DNA of 64,000 nt from Bacteroidales bacterium UBA7009 (GTDB lineage Bacteria; Bacteroidota; Bacteroidia; Bacteroidales; Paludibacteraceae): contig DJXH01000058.1 in assembly GCA_002449665.1 (NCBI GenBank), positions 12,165-76,164 of the forward strand. The letters run 5' to 3'. The notes below the pieces were generated by a model. The model saw nothing but the letters and a program-made list of their open reading frames with translations, did no database searches and was not told the DNA's origin. The position numbers and the translations under genes are program-made. This document shows positions 35,101-42,651 of the stretch, piece by piece; the stretch's first letter is position 1; each line of letters starts with the position of its first letter.

Positions 35101-35526
35101 TAGTGTATAGTCGCCGTCTGCCAAGCCATCGGTGATATTCACGCTCAGTTCTTTTCCCCATTTTTGGTTACGTGAGCCGTTGTCGTCGCCGAGGTCAACT
35201 ATCCAGTCGCACTTTATCTCCTGTGCCTCACCCTCAGTCGTAGAGTTGATACGATAGAACATCGAAACAGCCGTAATGTCAATATTTTCGGATATTCTTT
35301 TCCAAACATTGGCTTCGGTCTTCGTAATGACGAAAGAAGATACCGTACCAAGTTCGATATCCGTCATACCGCTTGCGTTAAACACATAGTCAGATGCTGC
35401 ACCATCTAACGTATAAAAGAGAGTGGCGGCATTGTCCGACCAAAAGCCCGCTTTATCAGCCGCTGCAACAAAGAGCGATGCTGAACCTAAAAATGTGAGT
35501 AATAAAGATGTAAAGAATCTTTTCAT
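32059..35526 (-). CDS. Secreted multidomain GH13 alpha-amylase (two CHB_HEX_C-like units, two CBM25/26-like units, C-terminal tail)
   Basis: Signal peptide MKRFFTSLLLTFLGSASLFVAAA; the ATG at 35526 is preferred over the TTG at 35535. GH13 motifs MMQGFYWNSY, LIWLPPSA, VVADIVLDHLVG, FDGFRWDEAKGF, FMERW and FIDSHD. IYYTTDGT(A/E)PT occurs twice. VYFYAWLPG... and LYLYAF...KWPGMKW starch-binding-type units. Tail YKIIVGDQMVIIRDGVMYDVLGRRL. Confidence 0.88.
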   Translation of the reverse strand: MKRFFTSLLLTFLGSASLFVAAADKAGFWSDNAATLFYTLDGAASDYVFNASGMTDIELGTVSSFVITKTEANVWKRISENIDITAVSMFYRINSTTEGEAQEIKCDWIVDLGDDNGSRNQKWGKELSVNITDGLADGDYTLSIWYKFQSSDGDKYLSNGSKNYNFKFTINSSYVEKYYIAGNGIAGSDWCCGKEWDPAGCELTEGKATYTSLPAGQYSFKITNGTWNRYWGYTAVNASCSTSGYSTDSDGNVVFNLAQASDITIAFTEDKKICLTSSTPFTPVYSCVPSECPDVMMQGFYWNSYSPNNPDYATDVYGDTRWKSLLSQADEIGAYFDLIWLPPSALASGTGYYPRQYSNQNSDWGSRADLEKMIATFHNSGTKVVADIVLDHLVGMASWCDFATNNFGQYGTYTPQLSWICNGDEINDPAKKKEIGDCGKATGPDDEGDNNIGARDLAHSLTEVQDFSKAYLKWMINEMHFDGFRWDEAKGFDPAHIGDYNRAAKPYISFMERWSGNDDISWAIERTGRASMALDFQTKYSAFDGIAGFDYSKCKGSGLLGMGYAKYAVTFIDSHDWFLREEAHGQEFGGYGNSMKTELKDRLLQANAFLLSMPGVPSVFYPHWAKYKEYIKPMINARHLAGVHSESKVSGESAEKDGYECIVEGKNGKLKLQLGNKARTTDSDSNFKLIASGNGYSIWVSALGDAAPRIIATQSTYFEDNQAGIDVTIQAVGGSGSAVIYYTTDGTAPTTESAVYTAALNFKETTTLKVMAACGEAQSAVQTYTYTYREPLARGIQVRFRKPDVWNKVYFYAWLPGTDEQGNATSENIVGAYPGQRIYQDADGWFTYEFDSELKTLNFCINSGDDCGAVNVRSNDLEITYDACYGWKEGQETEDSAEELLDCSEELNPAFDLSISPESGSFSDVTEGVEVKITAIGKENAMIYYTTDGTEPTNSSASAQGSVSFKISASTTVKAYAFDPATNTQTEVQTTSYIYKAPQSGPITVNFIKPEEWTDLYLYAFTRVKQGSKFKDTPFALDGKNSKWPGMKWTNTTTINGLEWYTWTMGSDIKEIYIIFTEGDKKPQTQDIYVNENTCYVWNPDCGKAVISKDCDGRTDIETISIDNYDNKETYKIIVGDQMVIIRDGVMYDVLGRRL

Positions 35527-35561
35527 ATAAATCAATCAATCTATATTCAGAGTTGAACGCG

Positions 35562-35592
35562 CAAAGTTACAAAATCCATTCTGATTGGCAAA
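35562..35592 (-). promoter_or_regulatory. Putative promoter of the six-gene starch operon (-33 TTTG, 19-nt spacer, -7 TAACTTTG)
   Basis: On the minus strand TAACTTTG is at 35569-35562 and TTTG at 35592-35589. The ATG at 35526 lies ~35 nt downstream of the -7 box. Confidence 0.55.
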
Positions 35593-35648
35593 CATATTGC
35601 ACAAAAAAATGTATTTTTGCACCGGATTATCGGCATTTTTAGTTTTTG

Positions 35649-36362
35649 CTATTTAGCCTTTGCAAGTGCAAAAACGCTCACCTTACATCCTCTGCACTCG
35701 TCAAAAGCCCTTATGCAGGAGCGCATAGTGCTGCCGGTGGTCAGTATGTCGTCCACGAGCAGAACATGCTTGCGGGCAAAAAACATCGGGTCGGTCAGAG
35801 CAAACAGGTCTTTGACGTTTTCCGTGCGCTGTTCACCTTTCAACAGAGCCTGCTGCGGGTTGTTGCGGCGGCGTAATAGATGTTCGGTATCGACAGGCAC
35901 ACCGATGGTATCAGCTATGGCACGTGCTATGTAATACGACTGATTATAACCTCTTTGCCTTAATCTGCGCTTATGAAGGGGGACGGGAACGATGATGTCT
36001 ATGTCGTCAAAGAAATCCGTTTGCAGCCACTCTACCGCCCCCTCACGAGCAATGTCGTATGCCACCATCGGCTGACGGCTGTATTTGAACAGCCTGACTA
36101 TATTGTGCATATTGTCATCACCGTGGGAATAGAAGAGAAAAGCACCGCCTTTGACAAACCGTTTTTCGTCCTTAAACAGGTCTTCGGTCATATTGCCGCG
36201 CTCGACAGCCTGCTCCGTTCTTTTGAGTCGCTGCATACATCTAAGGCAGATATGCTTATCGTCCTCGCCTTCAAGCAGCATACCGCATACCGGACAGGTA
36301 CGCGGAAACAGCAAAGCCATAACTCCGCTAAAAGCATAACGTATGGCTTTTGTAAACATCAT
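35649..36362 (-). CDS. comF: ComF-family phosphoribosyltransferase-domain protein
   Basis: N-terminal double zinc ribbon (CPVCG...CLRC) and PRT motif VLLVDDILTTGSTM. Confidence 0.85.
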   Translation of the reverse strand: MMFTKAIRYAFSGVMALLFPRTCPVCGMLLEGEDDKHICLRCMQRLKRTEQAVERGNMTEDLFKDEKRFVKGGAFLFYSHGDDNMHNIVRLFKYSRQPMVAYDIAREGAVEWLQTDFFDDIDIIVPVPLHKRRLRQRGYNQSYYIARAIADTIGVPVDTEHLLRRRNNPQQALLKGEQRTENVKDLFALTDPMFFARKHVLLVDDILTTGSTMRSCIRAFDECRGCKVSVFALAKAK

Positions 36363-36374
36363 AGTATAAAGCTA

Positions 36375-38996
36375 TTAAAGGTACCTGCCGGTTATACTGC
36401 GCTTACACGAACTAAGGTCGGCAGCCGTACCTTGTGCCACCACTTCTCCACCGCCTCTGCCGCCTTCGGGACCCATATCTATAAGGTGGTCGCAGGCGCG
36501 TATGACATCAAGGTTATGCTCTATGACGATGACGGTATTGCCCCTCTCTACGAGACGGCGCAACACACCGAGCAGAACACGTATATCCTCAAAATGCAGA
36601 CCGGTGGTAGGCTCGTCGAGGATATAAACGCTCTTGCCTGTGGACGGGCGCGACAGTTCGGCTGCAAGTTTGATACGCTGACTCTCGCCGCCGGAGAGAG
36701 TGGACGAAGCCTGACCGAGCTTGATGTAACCAAGACCTACATCTTGTATTGTCTTTATCTTGCGCAGAATGTTTGGCTGACTCTCGAAGAACTCAACTGC
36801 CTGATTTACCGTCATATCAAGCACATCGGCAATAGTCTTACCCTTGAAGCGCACCTCAAGTGTCTCGCGGTTATAACGCTGACCGCCGCACACCTCACAA
36901 GGGACATAGACATCTGGCAGGAAATGCATCTGAATAGTCTTGTAACCGTTACCGGCACATTCCTCACACCTTCCGCCTTTGGAGTTGAAAGAGAAACGTC
37001 CTGATTTCCAAGCCCTGATACGCGACTCGGGCAGTTGCGCAAAGAGTTCGCGTATATCAGTAAAGACATTGGTATATGTAGCCGGATTAGAACGCGGTGT
37101 GCGCCCGATAGGCGACTGGTCAACGGCTATCACTTTGTTTATCAGCTCCAAACCCTCTATACTATCATACGGCAAGGGTTGCGCAAGGGAGCGGTAGAAA
37201 TGCTGTGTGAGTATAGGCAGCAGTGTTCTTGTTATGAGCGACGACTTGCCGCTGCCTGACACTCCCGTTACGCCTATCATACAGCCGAGCGGGAAAGAGA
37301 CATCTATGTTCTTTAGGTTGTTACCTCGGCAGCCTTTGAGGGTAAGACAAGCAGTACCGTCACTTGTAATAAGTTCATCGTGAGGCCTTTGCGTCGTCTT
37401 GTTGCCGTTGAGGTATTGGGCAGTCAGGGTATCTGTCTTGAGAAGGTCATCGGGCGTACCTTGAAACATCACCTCTCCGCCGAGCCTACCCGCTTTGGGA
37501 CCGATGTCCACTATAAAGTCAGCCTCGCGCATCATCTGCTCGTCGTGCTCCACCACAATGACGGTGTTGCCCATATCGCGCAGTTGTTTGAGCGAAGTGA
37601 TAAGCCTCTCGTTGTCGCGCTGGTGAAGACCTATGCTCGGTTCGTCAAGTATATACAACACATTGACAAGCCTTGAACCTATCTGCGTAGCGAGCCTTAT
37701 GCGCTGACTCTCACCACCTGACAGGCTGTCAGAAGGACGAGACAGGGTGAGATAACTCAAGCCCACAGACAGCATAAATCCAAGCCTGCTGCTTATCTCC
37801 TTACATATAGGTTGAGCCACCCGCCGTTCTTTGTCTGTCCAATCTTCGGGATTGAGCGAACGGATAAATTGCAGCAGTTCGTCTATATCCATCTCGCTCC
37901 ATTGGGCGATGTTCTTACCGCCAATCTTAAAGCTGAGAGCCTCTTTGTTGAGTCTTTTTCCGCCACACTCGGGGCAAACGACATACTCGTCTTTCTCCTC
38001 TTCCTGATCCTCTTCCTGCTGCGCGGTGTATTCCACCATACGGCGGAACCAGTCATCGGAATGGACAATCTCATCGAGTTCGTTTCGCTTCGTCTCGGCA
38101 TTCTCTCTCCTCACCTTGCCCAAGCCTTTGCAGCAGGGGCACCAGCCTTGCGGGGTATTGAAGGAGAAAGTATGCGGAGCGGGGTCTTGGTAACTAAGTC
38201 CTGTAGTGGGGCACATAAGGCGGCGGGAGTAGTACTTGGACTGCGCTTTTTCGCTGCCCGCCTCCACTATCATCATCACGCCGTCGCCTTGTGTAAGCGC
38301 GCTATCCACCGACTGACGGATACGTTTCATATCCTCCTCGTCGGCGTTGCCCTGCCTGATACTCAACCTGTCTATCACCACTTCGATGGTATGGTTGCTG
38401 TAGCGGTCAAGTTTCATACCGGCGGTTATCTCTTTTATCTCGCCGTCAACACGCACATAGACATAGCCCTTGTGGCGTATGCTCTCAAAGAGTTCTTTAT
38501 AATGACCTTTGCGGTTTTTGACAAGCGGTGCGAGAATATAAATGCGCCGGTCGGCATAGTCGGTGGTGATAAGGTCTAAAATCTTGTCATCGGTGAGATG
38601 CACCATCTTCTCGCCTGTCAGATAGGAGTACGCCACCGAGGCACGAGCAAAGAGAAGGCGAAGAAAATCATACACTTCGGTGATAGTACCGACGGTAGAG
38701 CGCGGATTGCGAGATGTCGTTTTCTGGTCAATGGAGATGACGGGACTAAGGCCTGTTATCTTATCCACATCAGGCCGTTGCATCGTACCTATATATCCGC
38801 GCGCGTAGGAAGAAAAAGTGTCAAGATAACGCCTCTGCCCTTCGGCAAAGATGGTGTCAAAGGCGAGCGACGACTTGCCGCTGCCGCTCAAGCCCGTTAT
38901 CACAGTAAGGCTGTTGCGAGGGATATGCACACTGATATTCTTCAAGTTATGCACCCGCGCACCTTCCACTTCTATATAATGTTTGTTATCTGCCAT
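36375..38996 (-). CDS. UvrA-family excinuclease ABC subunit A, variant with a much-shortened insertion domain
   Basis: Walker A motifs GLSGSGKSSLAFDT and GVSGSGKSSL, ABC signatures LSGGESQRIRLA and LSGGESQRIKLA, and zinc modules CPCCKGLG...CPECGG and CEECAGNG...CEVCGG. The ATG at 38996 (MADNKHYIEVEGARVHNL) is preferred over the TTG at 39008. Confidence 0.9.
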   Translation of the reverse strand: MADNKHYIEVEGARVHNLKNISVHIPRNSLTVITGLSGSGKSSLAFDTIFAEGQRRYLDTFSSYARGYIGTMQRPDVDKITGLSPVISIDQKTTSRNPRSTVGTITEVYDFLRLLFARASVAYSYLTGEKMVHLTDDKILDLITTDYADRRIYILAPLVKNRKGHYKELFESIRHKGYVYVRVDGEIKEITAGMKLDRYSNHTIEVVIDRLSIRQGNADEEDMKRIRQSVDSALTQGDGVMMIVEAGSEKAQSKYYSRRLMCPTTGLSYQDPAPHTFSFNTPQGWCPCCKGLGKVRRENAETKRNELDEIVHSDDWFRRMVEYTAQQEEDQEEEKDEYVVCPECGGKRLNKEALSFKIGGKNIAQWSEMDIDELLQFIRSLNPEDWTDKERRVAQPICKEISSRLGFMLSVGLSYLTLSRPSDSLSGGESQRIRLATQIGSRLVNVLYILDEPSIGLHQRDNERLITSLKQLRDMGNTVIVVEHDEQMMREADFIVDIGPKAGRLGGEVMFQGTPDDLLKTDTLTAQYLNGNKTTQRPHDELITSDGTACLTLKGCRGNNLKNIDVSFPLGCMIGVTGVSGSGKSSLITRTLLPILTQHFYRSLAQPLPYDSIEGLELINKVIAVDQSPIGRTPRSNPATYTNVFTDIRELFAQLPESRIRAWKSGRFSFNSKGGRCEECAGNGYKTIQMHFLPDVYVPCEVCGGQRYNRETLEVRFKGKTIADVLDMTVNQAVEFFESQPNILRKIKTIQDVGLGYIKLGQASSTLSGGESQRIKLAAELSRPSTGKSVYILDEPTTGLHFEDIRVLLGVLRRLVERGNTVIVIEHNLDVIRACDHLIDMGPEGGRGGGEVVAQGTAADLSSCKRSITGRYL

Positions 38997-39020
38997 AATA
39001 TCAGTCAAATTAACCGACCG

Positions 39021-40223
39021 TTATTCCACATACAGCACGAGACCTTTGAGGTATTCGCCTTCGGGGTGGTAGATATTCACGGGGTGATCCTCAGGTTGGT
39101 GGAGTTGGTGGAGTATACGCACTCGTCTGCCCGTCTGTGCCGCAGCGGAGAAGACGGCAAGGCGGAACTGCTCTTTATCAACAGCCTGCGAGCAGGAGAA
39201 AGTGAAGAGTATGCCGCCGCTTCTTATCTGCTCAAAGGCTTTGGCATTCAGTTTCTGATAGCCGCGAAGAGCATTACGCACAGCATCCCGGTGTTTGGCA
39301 AAAGCCGGAGGGTCAAGCACGATAAGGTCGTACTTGTCTTTTATGTCCGCCATATACTCAAACGCTTCACGCGCAAATGCCTGATGTCGTGTGCAATCGG
39401 GAAAATTACGGCTTATGTTTTCATTAACAATTTTCACCGCCCTCTCGCTAACGTCCACAGAGTGAACGAGATTGGCACCGCCGCGCAGTGCATATACAGA
39501 GAAGCCGCCCGTATAGCAAAACATATTCAGCACATCTCTCCCCATAGCATAATGCTCAAGCAGCGAGCGGTTGTTGCGCTGGTCAATGAAGAAACCCGTC
39601 TTCTGTCCGCCGAGGAAGTCTATACCGAACTCCAAGCCGTTTTCGAGTGCTGTATAACTCTCTCTGCCTGCATTTTCAGTCAGCCAGCCTTTTTTATCGC
39701 CCTCTATTTCAGCCTTAAAAGGCAGGGTGTCATCTGATTTATAGTACACCTGTCTTACAGGCTCCACTTGCTGCAATATAGCCTGCGCTATCGCCTGCCG
39801 TTCTATGTGCATACCGACCGAATGAGCCTGAATAACAGCCGTATCGCCGTATATATCCGCCACCAATCCGGGGACAAAATCCCCCTCGCCGTGCAAGAGG
39901 CGACACATTGTATTGTCTTTTCTGATCAGTCCGGCTTTGAGCCTCAACTCGTATGCTGAACGGATACGGTCGCTCCAGAAGGTGCGAGGCATAGGTTCGC
40001 TGCCGAACCACAACATTCTCACGGCTATGGAGCCTACCTGAAAATGCCCTACGCCGAGGGTATCGCCGCCGTGACCTACCACTTTTACGCGCTCACCCTC
40101 GCGGGGAGAGGAATAGGGATAGTCGCGGTCAAGTACCACTCTTTCTATCGCGCCGGAGAAGACCCATGGATGGAAACGCAGGAGCGACTCCTCTTTGCCT
40201 TTTTTTAGTATAACGGTTGTCAT
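39021..40223 (-). CDS. rlmI: Class I SAM-dependent rRNA (cytosine-C5) methyltransferase, RlmI-like (PUA plus MTase)
   Basis: N-terminal PUA-like region (ILKKGKEESLLRFHPWVFSGAI), SAM motif VLNMFCYTGGFSV, and catalytic LDPPAFAK. Confidence 0.8.
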   Translation of the reverse strand: MTTVILKKGKEESLLRFHPWVFSGAIERVVLDRDYPYSSPREGERVKVVGHGGDTLGVGHFQVGSIAVRMLWFGSEPMPRTFWSDRIRSAYELRLKAGLIRKDNTMCRLLHGEGDFVPGLVADIYGDTAVIQAHSVGMHIERQAIAQAILQQVEPVRQVYYKSDDTLPFKAEIEGDKKGWLTENAGRESYTALENGLEFGIDFLGGQKTGFFIDQRNNRSLLEHYAMGRDVLNMFCYTGGFSVYALRGGANLVHSVDVSERAVKIVNENISRNFPDCTRHQAFAREAFEYMADIKDKYDLIVLDPPAFAKHRDAVRNALRGYQKLNAKAFEQIRSGGILFTFSCSQAVDKEQFRLAVFSAAAQTGRRVRILHQLHQPEDHPVNIYHPEGEYLKGLVLYVE

Positions 40224-40906
40224 TGTGTCTGTCTGTTTTCGTTCATTTTTTGCATATTAAGCAGTTGTTGTCTCTCTGCATCTTCGGCTTTGATTACCGC
40301 CACCTGCTCTTGAGGTAGAGGTTCGGTCTGAACAAGGTCGTTGTAAATAAGCAGTGTAGCCCACGCATCAGTGGAAGCATAGCGCGCCTGACTCTCTGTG
40401 AGGTGGGAGTTCTCCCAGTTGGTGAGTTGCTGCGACTTGGATATTTTCTTACCGAAACAGATAGCAAAAATTTTTTGCAGACCGAGGTCAAGAATGCCGT
40501 ATGAAGACACTATCTGCTGCAAGTCAATGCAGTTTTGCGGCTTGAAGTAGCGGCGGCGTTGCAGTCCGCGAATGTCGTCTTTGAAGGCAAGTCCGACTTT
40601 GAGAATAAGAGGGTCGGCAAATATAGCCGCCACCTCACGCGGCATACCTACATGCGTAAGTCTGAAAAGATAGCAACGCTCTACGGAAGCAATCTGCAGA
40701 AGAGCAGTGGGATAATGCACACCGCGAGTAAAGGAAGGGCGCGCCTCCGTGTCCACACCAATCACCTTTTGGCGACCAAGATATTCGGCGGCGGCGGCCA
40801 CATCTTCCATGCGCTCTACCACCACCACTTCGCCCTCAAACTGCGCAAGCGGCAGGAGGTTGAGTTCGTCCTTCGTTATCCTGTGTATATACTTATTGGG
40901 CTTCAT
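40220..40906 (-). CDS. 3'-5' exonuclease domain protein (DnaQ/RNase D-like)
   Basis: ExoI motif VIGVDTEARPSF and later YASTDAW (ExoIII-like). The ATG at 40906 is chosen because the TTG at 40927 lies inside the -7 promoter box. The stop overlaps the rlmI start (ATGA). Confidence 0.75.
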   Translation of the reverse strand: MKPNKYIHRITKDELNLLPLAQFEGEVVVVERMEDVAAAAEYLGRQKVIGVDTEARPSFTRGVHYPTALLQIASVERCYLFRLTHVGMPREVAAIFADPLILKVGLAFKDDIRGLQRRRYFKPQNCIDLQQIVSSYGILDLGLQKIFAICFGKKISKSQQLTNWENSHLTESQARYASTDAWATLLIYNDLVQTEPLPQEQVAVIKAEDAERQQLLNMQKMNENRQTQ

Positions 40907-40924
40907 CTTATGCAAAAAACCGCG

Positions 40925-40956
40925 CAAAGGTAGTCATTTTTTTTGCAATTGGCAAA
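40925..40956 (-). promoter_or_regulatory. Putative promoter of the exonuclease-rlmI-uvrA-comF operon (-33 TTTG, 20-nt spacer, -7 TACCTTTG)
   Basis: On the minus strand TACCTTTG is at 40932-40925 and TTTG at 40956-40953. Confidence 0.55.
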
Positions 40957-40971
40957 TTTTTCGTATCTTTG
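40942..40971 (+). promoter_or_regulatory. Putative promoter of the LytTR gene (-33 TTTG, 18-nt spacer, -7 TATCTTTG), interdigitated with the divergent promoter
   Basis: TTTG at 40942-40945 and TATCTTTG at 40964-40971. The ATG is at 40981. Confidence 0.5.
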
Positions 40972-40980
40972 CGCCTTGAA

Positions 40981-41595
40981 ATGATACAACGGCTTTTTCA
41001 ACATCTTACCAACCGCCGAAAGATTGAGTTGCGTATTCTTGGCGCGGCTATATTTCTTATTTTCCTGCTTTTAGTCTTTACACCTTATATATTCCTTGAC
41101 TGGGTGAACGCCCACCGCACAATAATTATGTGGGTGGAGATGGGTTTGCAAGTCATTGCTTTCTTTGTTCTGCTCTTTGAGGTTGATGATCTCAATAAGA
41201 CTATCAGCAAATGGCAGATGAACGAGATGAGCGAACAGAAAGAGCAGCAGGATATGTATAAGATATACGACGAGAAGGGCGACCTCAAGCTGATTGTCCG
41301 CCCCGAAATGCTGTACTACATAGAATCTGCCGACAACTACGTTATCATCCACTATCTCAACTCAGACAAGATGGAGAAGATGATGATACGTAACACTCTG
41401 AAAAACATCGAATGGCGTTTTAGGGACAAGACACTTGTACGTTGCCACCGTTCGTATATAGTAAACATCGCCAACGTCAAGATGCTCAAGCGTGCGGACA
41501 ACGAACTGCTGCTCGACTTCGGCATTGAAAGTCTGCACCCCCTGCCTGTAAGCAAGACTTACAGCAACGAGGTGATGCAGCGACTATCGGTATAA
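40981..41595 (+). CDS. Membrane-anchored LytTR-domain DNA-binding protein
   Basis: Two N-terminal TM helices (ILGAAIFLIFLLLVFTPYIF and MWVEMGLQVIAFFVLLF), a charged linker, then LytTR signatures (LYYIESADNYVIIHY...RCHRSYIVNI). No receiver domain. Confidence 0.75.
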   Translation: MIQRLFQHLTNRRKIELRILGAAIFLIFLLLVFTPYIFLDWVNAHRTIIMWVEMGLQVIAFFVLLFEVDDLNKTISKWQMNEMSEQKEQQDMYKIYDEKGDLKLIVRPEMLYYIESADNYVIIHYLNSDKMEKMMIRNTLKNIEWRFRDKTLVRCHRSYIVNIANVKMLKRADNELLLDFGIESLHPLPVSKTYSNEVMQRLSV

Positions 41596-41614
41596 CAACC
41601 AACCAATCAGATAT

Positions 41615-42271
41615 ATGAAAGTAGTAAACTTAACAGAACAGCCTTCGTTGCTGTCGCAGTTTTTGAGTGAGGTAAGAGACGTGCACATTCAGCGCGACCA
41701 AATGCGTTTCAGGCGCAACATTGAACGCATAGGCGAACTGATGGCTTACGAACTGAGTAAGACACTGACCTACGAGCCGCGCGAAGTGCAGACCCCGCTT
41801 GCCACGACAGAAGTGCCTTGTATAAAAGACAATATCGTACTTGCTACCATCTTGCGCGCCGGACTGCCGCTGCACACCGGTTTTCTCAACTACTTTGACC
41901 ATGCTGAAAACGCTTTTGTCAGTGCTTACCGCGTTTATACCGACGATGCCCACACCGAGATAGCCATTCACAGCGAGTACATGGCAGCCCCCGACCTCAA
42001 CGGCAAGACCGTCATCATAGCCGACCCTATGCTTGCCACCGGCGGCTCTATGTATGCTTCCTACAAAGCCATGCTTGCCAACGGTTCACCTGCAAGAACT
42101 GACTTGGCTTGCGTGATGGCAACCCCCGTGGCTATAAACTACCTGCAAACGGTAATGCCGGAAGACACCACATTGTGGTGCGCCGCCATTGACCCCGTGC
42201 TAAACGAGCATAAGTATATCGTCCCCGGGCTTGGCGATGCAGGCGACCTTTGCTTTGGCGACAAACTATAA
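41615..42271 (+). CDS. upp: Uracil phosphoribosyltransferase
   Basis: ILRAGLPL..., PRPP motif VIIADPMLATGGS, and the C-terminal YIVPGLGDAGD motif. Confidence 0.92.
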   Translation: MKVVNLTEQPSLLSQFLSEVRDVHIQRDQMRFRRNIERIGELMAYELSKTLTYEPREVQTPLATTEVPCIKDNIVLATILRAGLPLHTGFLNYFDHAENAFVSAYRVYTDDAHTEIAIHSEYMAAPDLNGKTVIIADPMLATGGSMYASYKAMLANGSPARTDLACVMATPVAINYLQTVMPEDTTLWCAAIDPVLNEHKYIVPGLGDAGDLCFGDKL

Positions 42272-42282
42272 ACCTGCTCTTT

Positions 42283-42651
42283 ATGCGCCGCTACACAGCC
42301 TATCTGCCCGCTCTGCTTACGGCAGCAGTCATACTCTACCTATCCCTTATACGCGAAACGCACATCAGTCTGCCGCGAATAAGCGGAATAGACCTTGCGG
42401 CACACGCCGGTATGTACGCACTGCTCGCATTGCTGTGGATGGGGGCAAGGCTGAAGAACAATGGCTCGGTCAGGTCAGGTGCGATATGGGTTATACTGCT
42501 TTGCAGCGCGTATGGCGGCATAATAGAGATTCTGCAAGAGGCATTTTTCTTCCCGCGCACAGGCACTATGCCCGACTTTGCCGCAGACACCATTGGAGCA
42601 ATAGCAGGCACATTCACAGCATTCTTTATATGGAAAAGAAGGAAACAATAG
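42283..42651 (+). CDS. VanZ-family membrane protein
   Basis: ~120 aa with four TM segments and the D..aH...Y pattern (IDLAAHAGMYALLALL). The start is chosen at MRRYTAYLPALL. Confidence 0.6.
   Translation: MRRYTAYLPALLTAAVILYLSLIRETHISLPRISGIDLAAHAGMYALLALLWMGARLKNNGSVRSGAIWVILLCSAYGGIIEILQEAFFFPRTGTMPDFAADTIGAIAGTFTAFFIWKRRKQ

Noticed and set aside
35612-35619. A plus-strand TATTTTTG box, with a TTG 21 nt upstream, pointing into the antisense strand of comF.
   Set aside because: No plausible plus-strand gene follows; the 105-aa ORF at 35617-35934 is an antisense shadow. The apparent -33 element is simply the complement of the -33 TTTG of the minus-strand starch-operon promoter. It could drive an antisense RNA, but nothing in the sequence supports that.
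42231-42629. A 133-codon N-terminal extension of dprA in the ORF track (491-aa version).
   Set aside because: The extension overlaps the end of upp and the whole VanZ gene in another frame and is Arg/His-rich nonsense. The conserved DprA sequence begins at the ATG at 42630.
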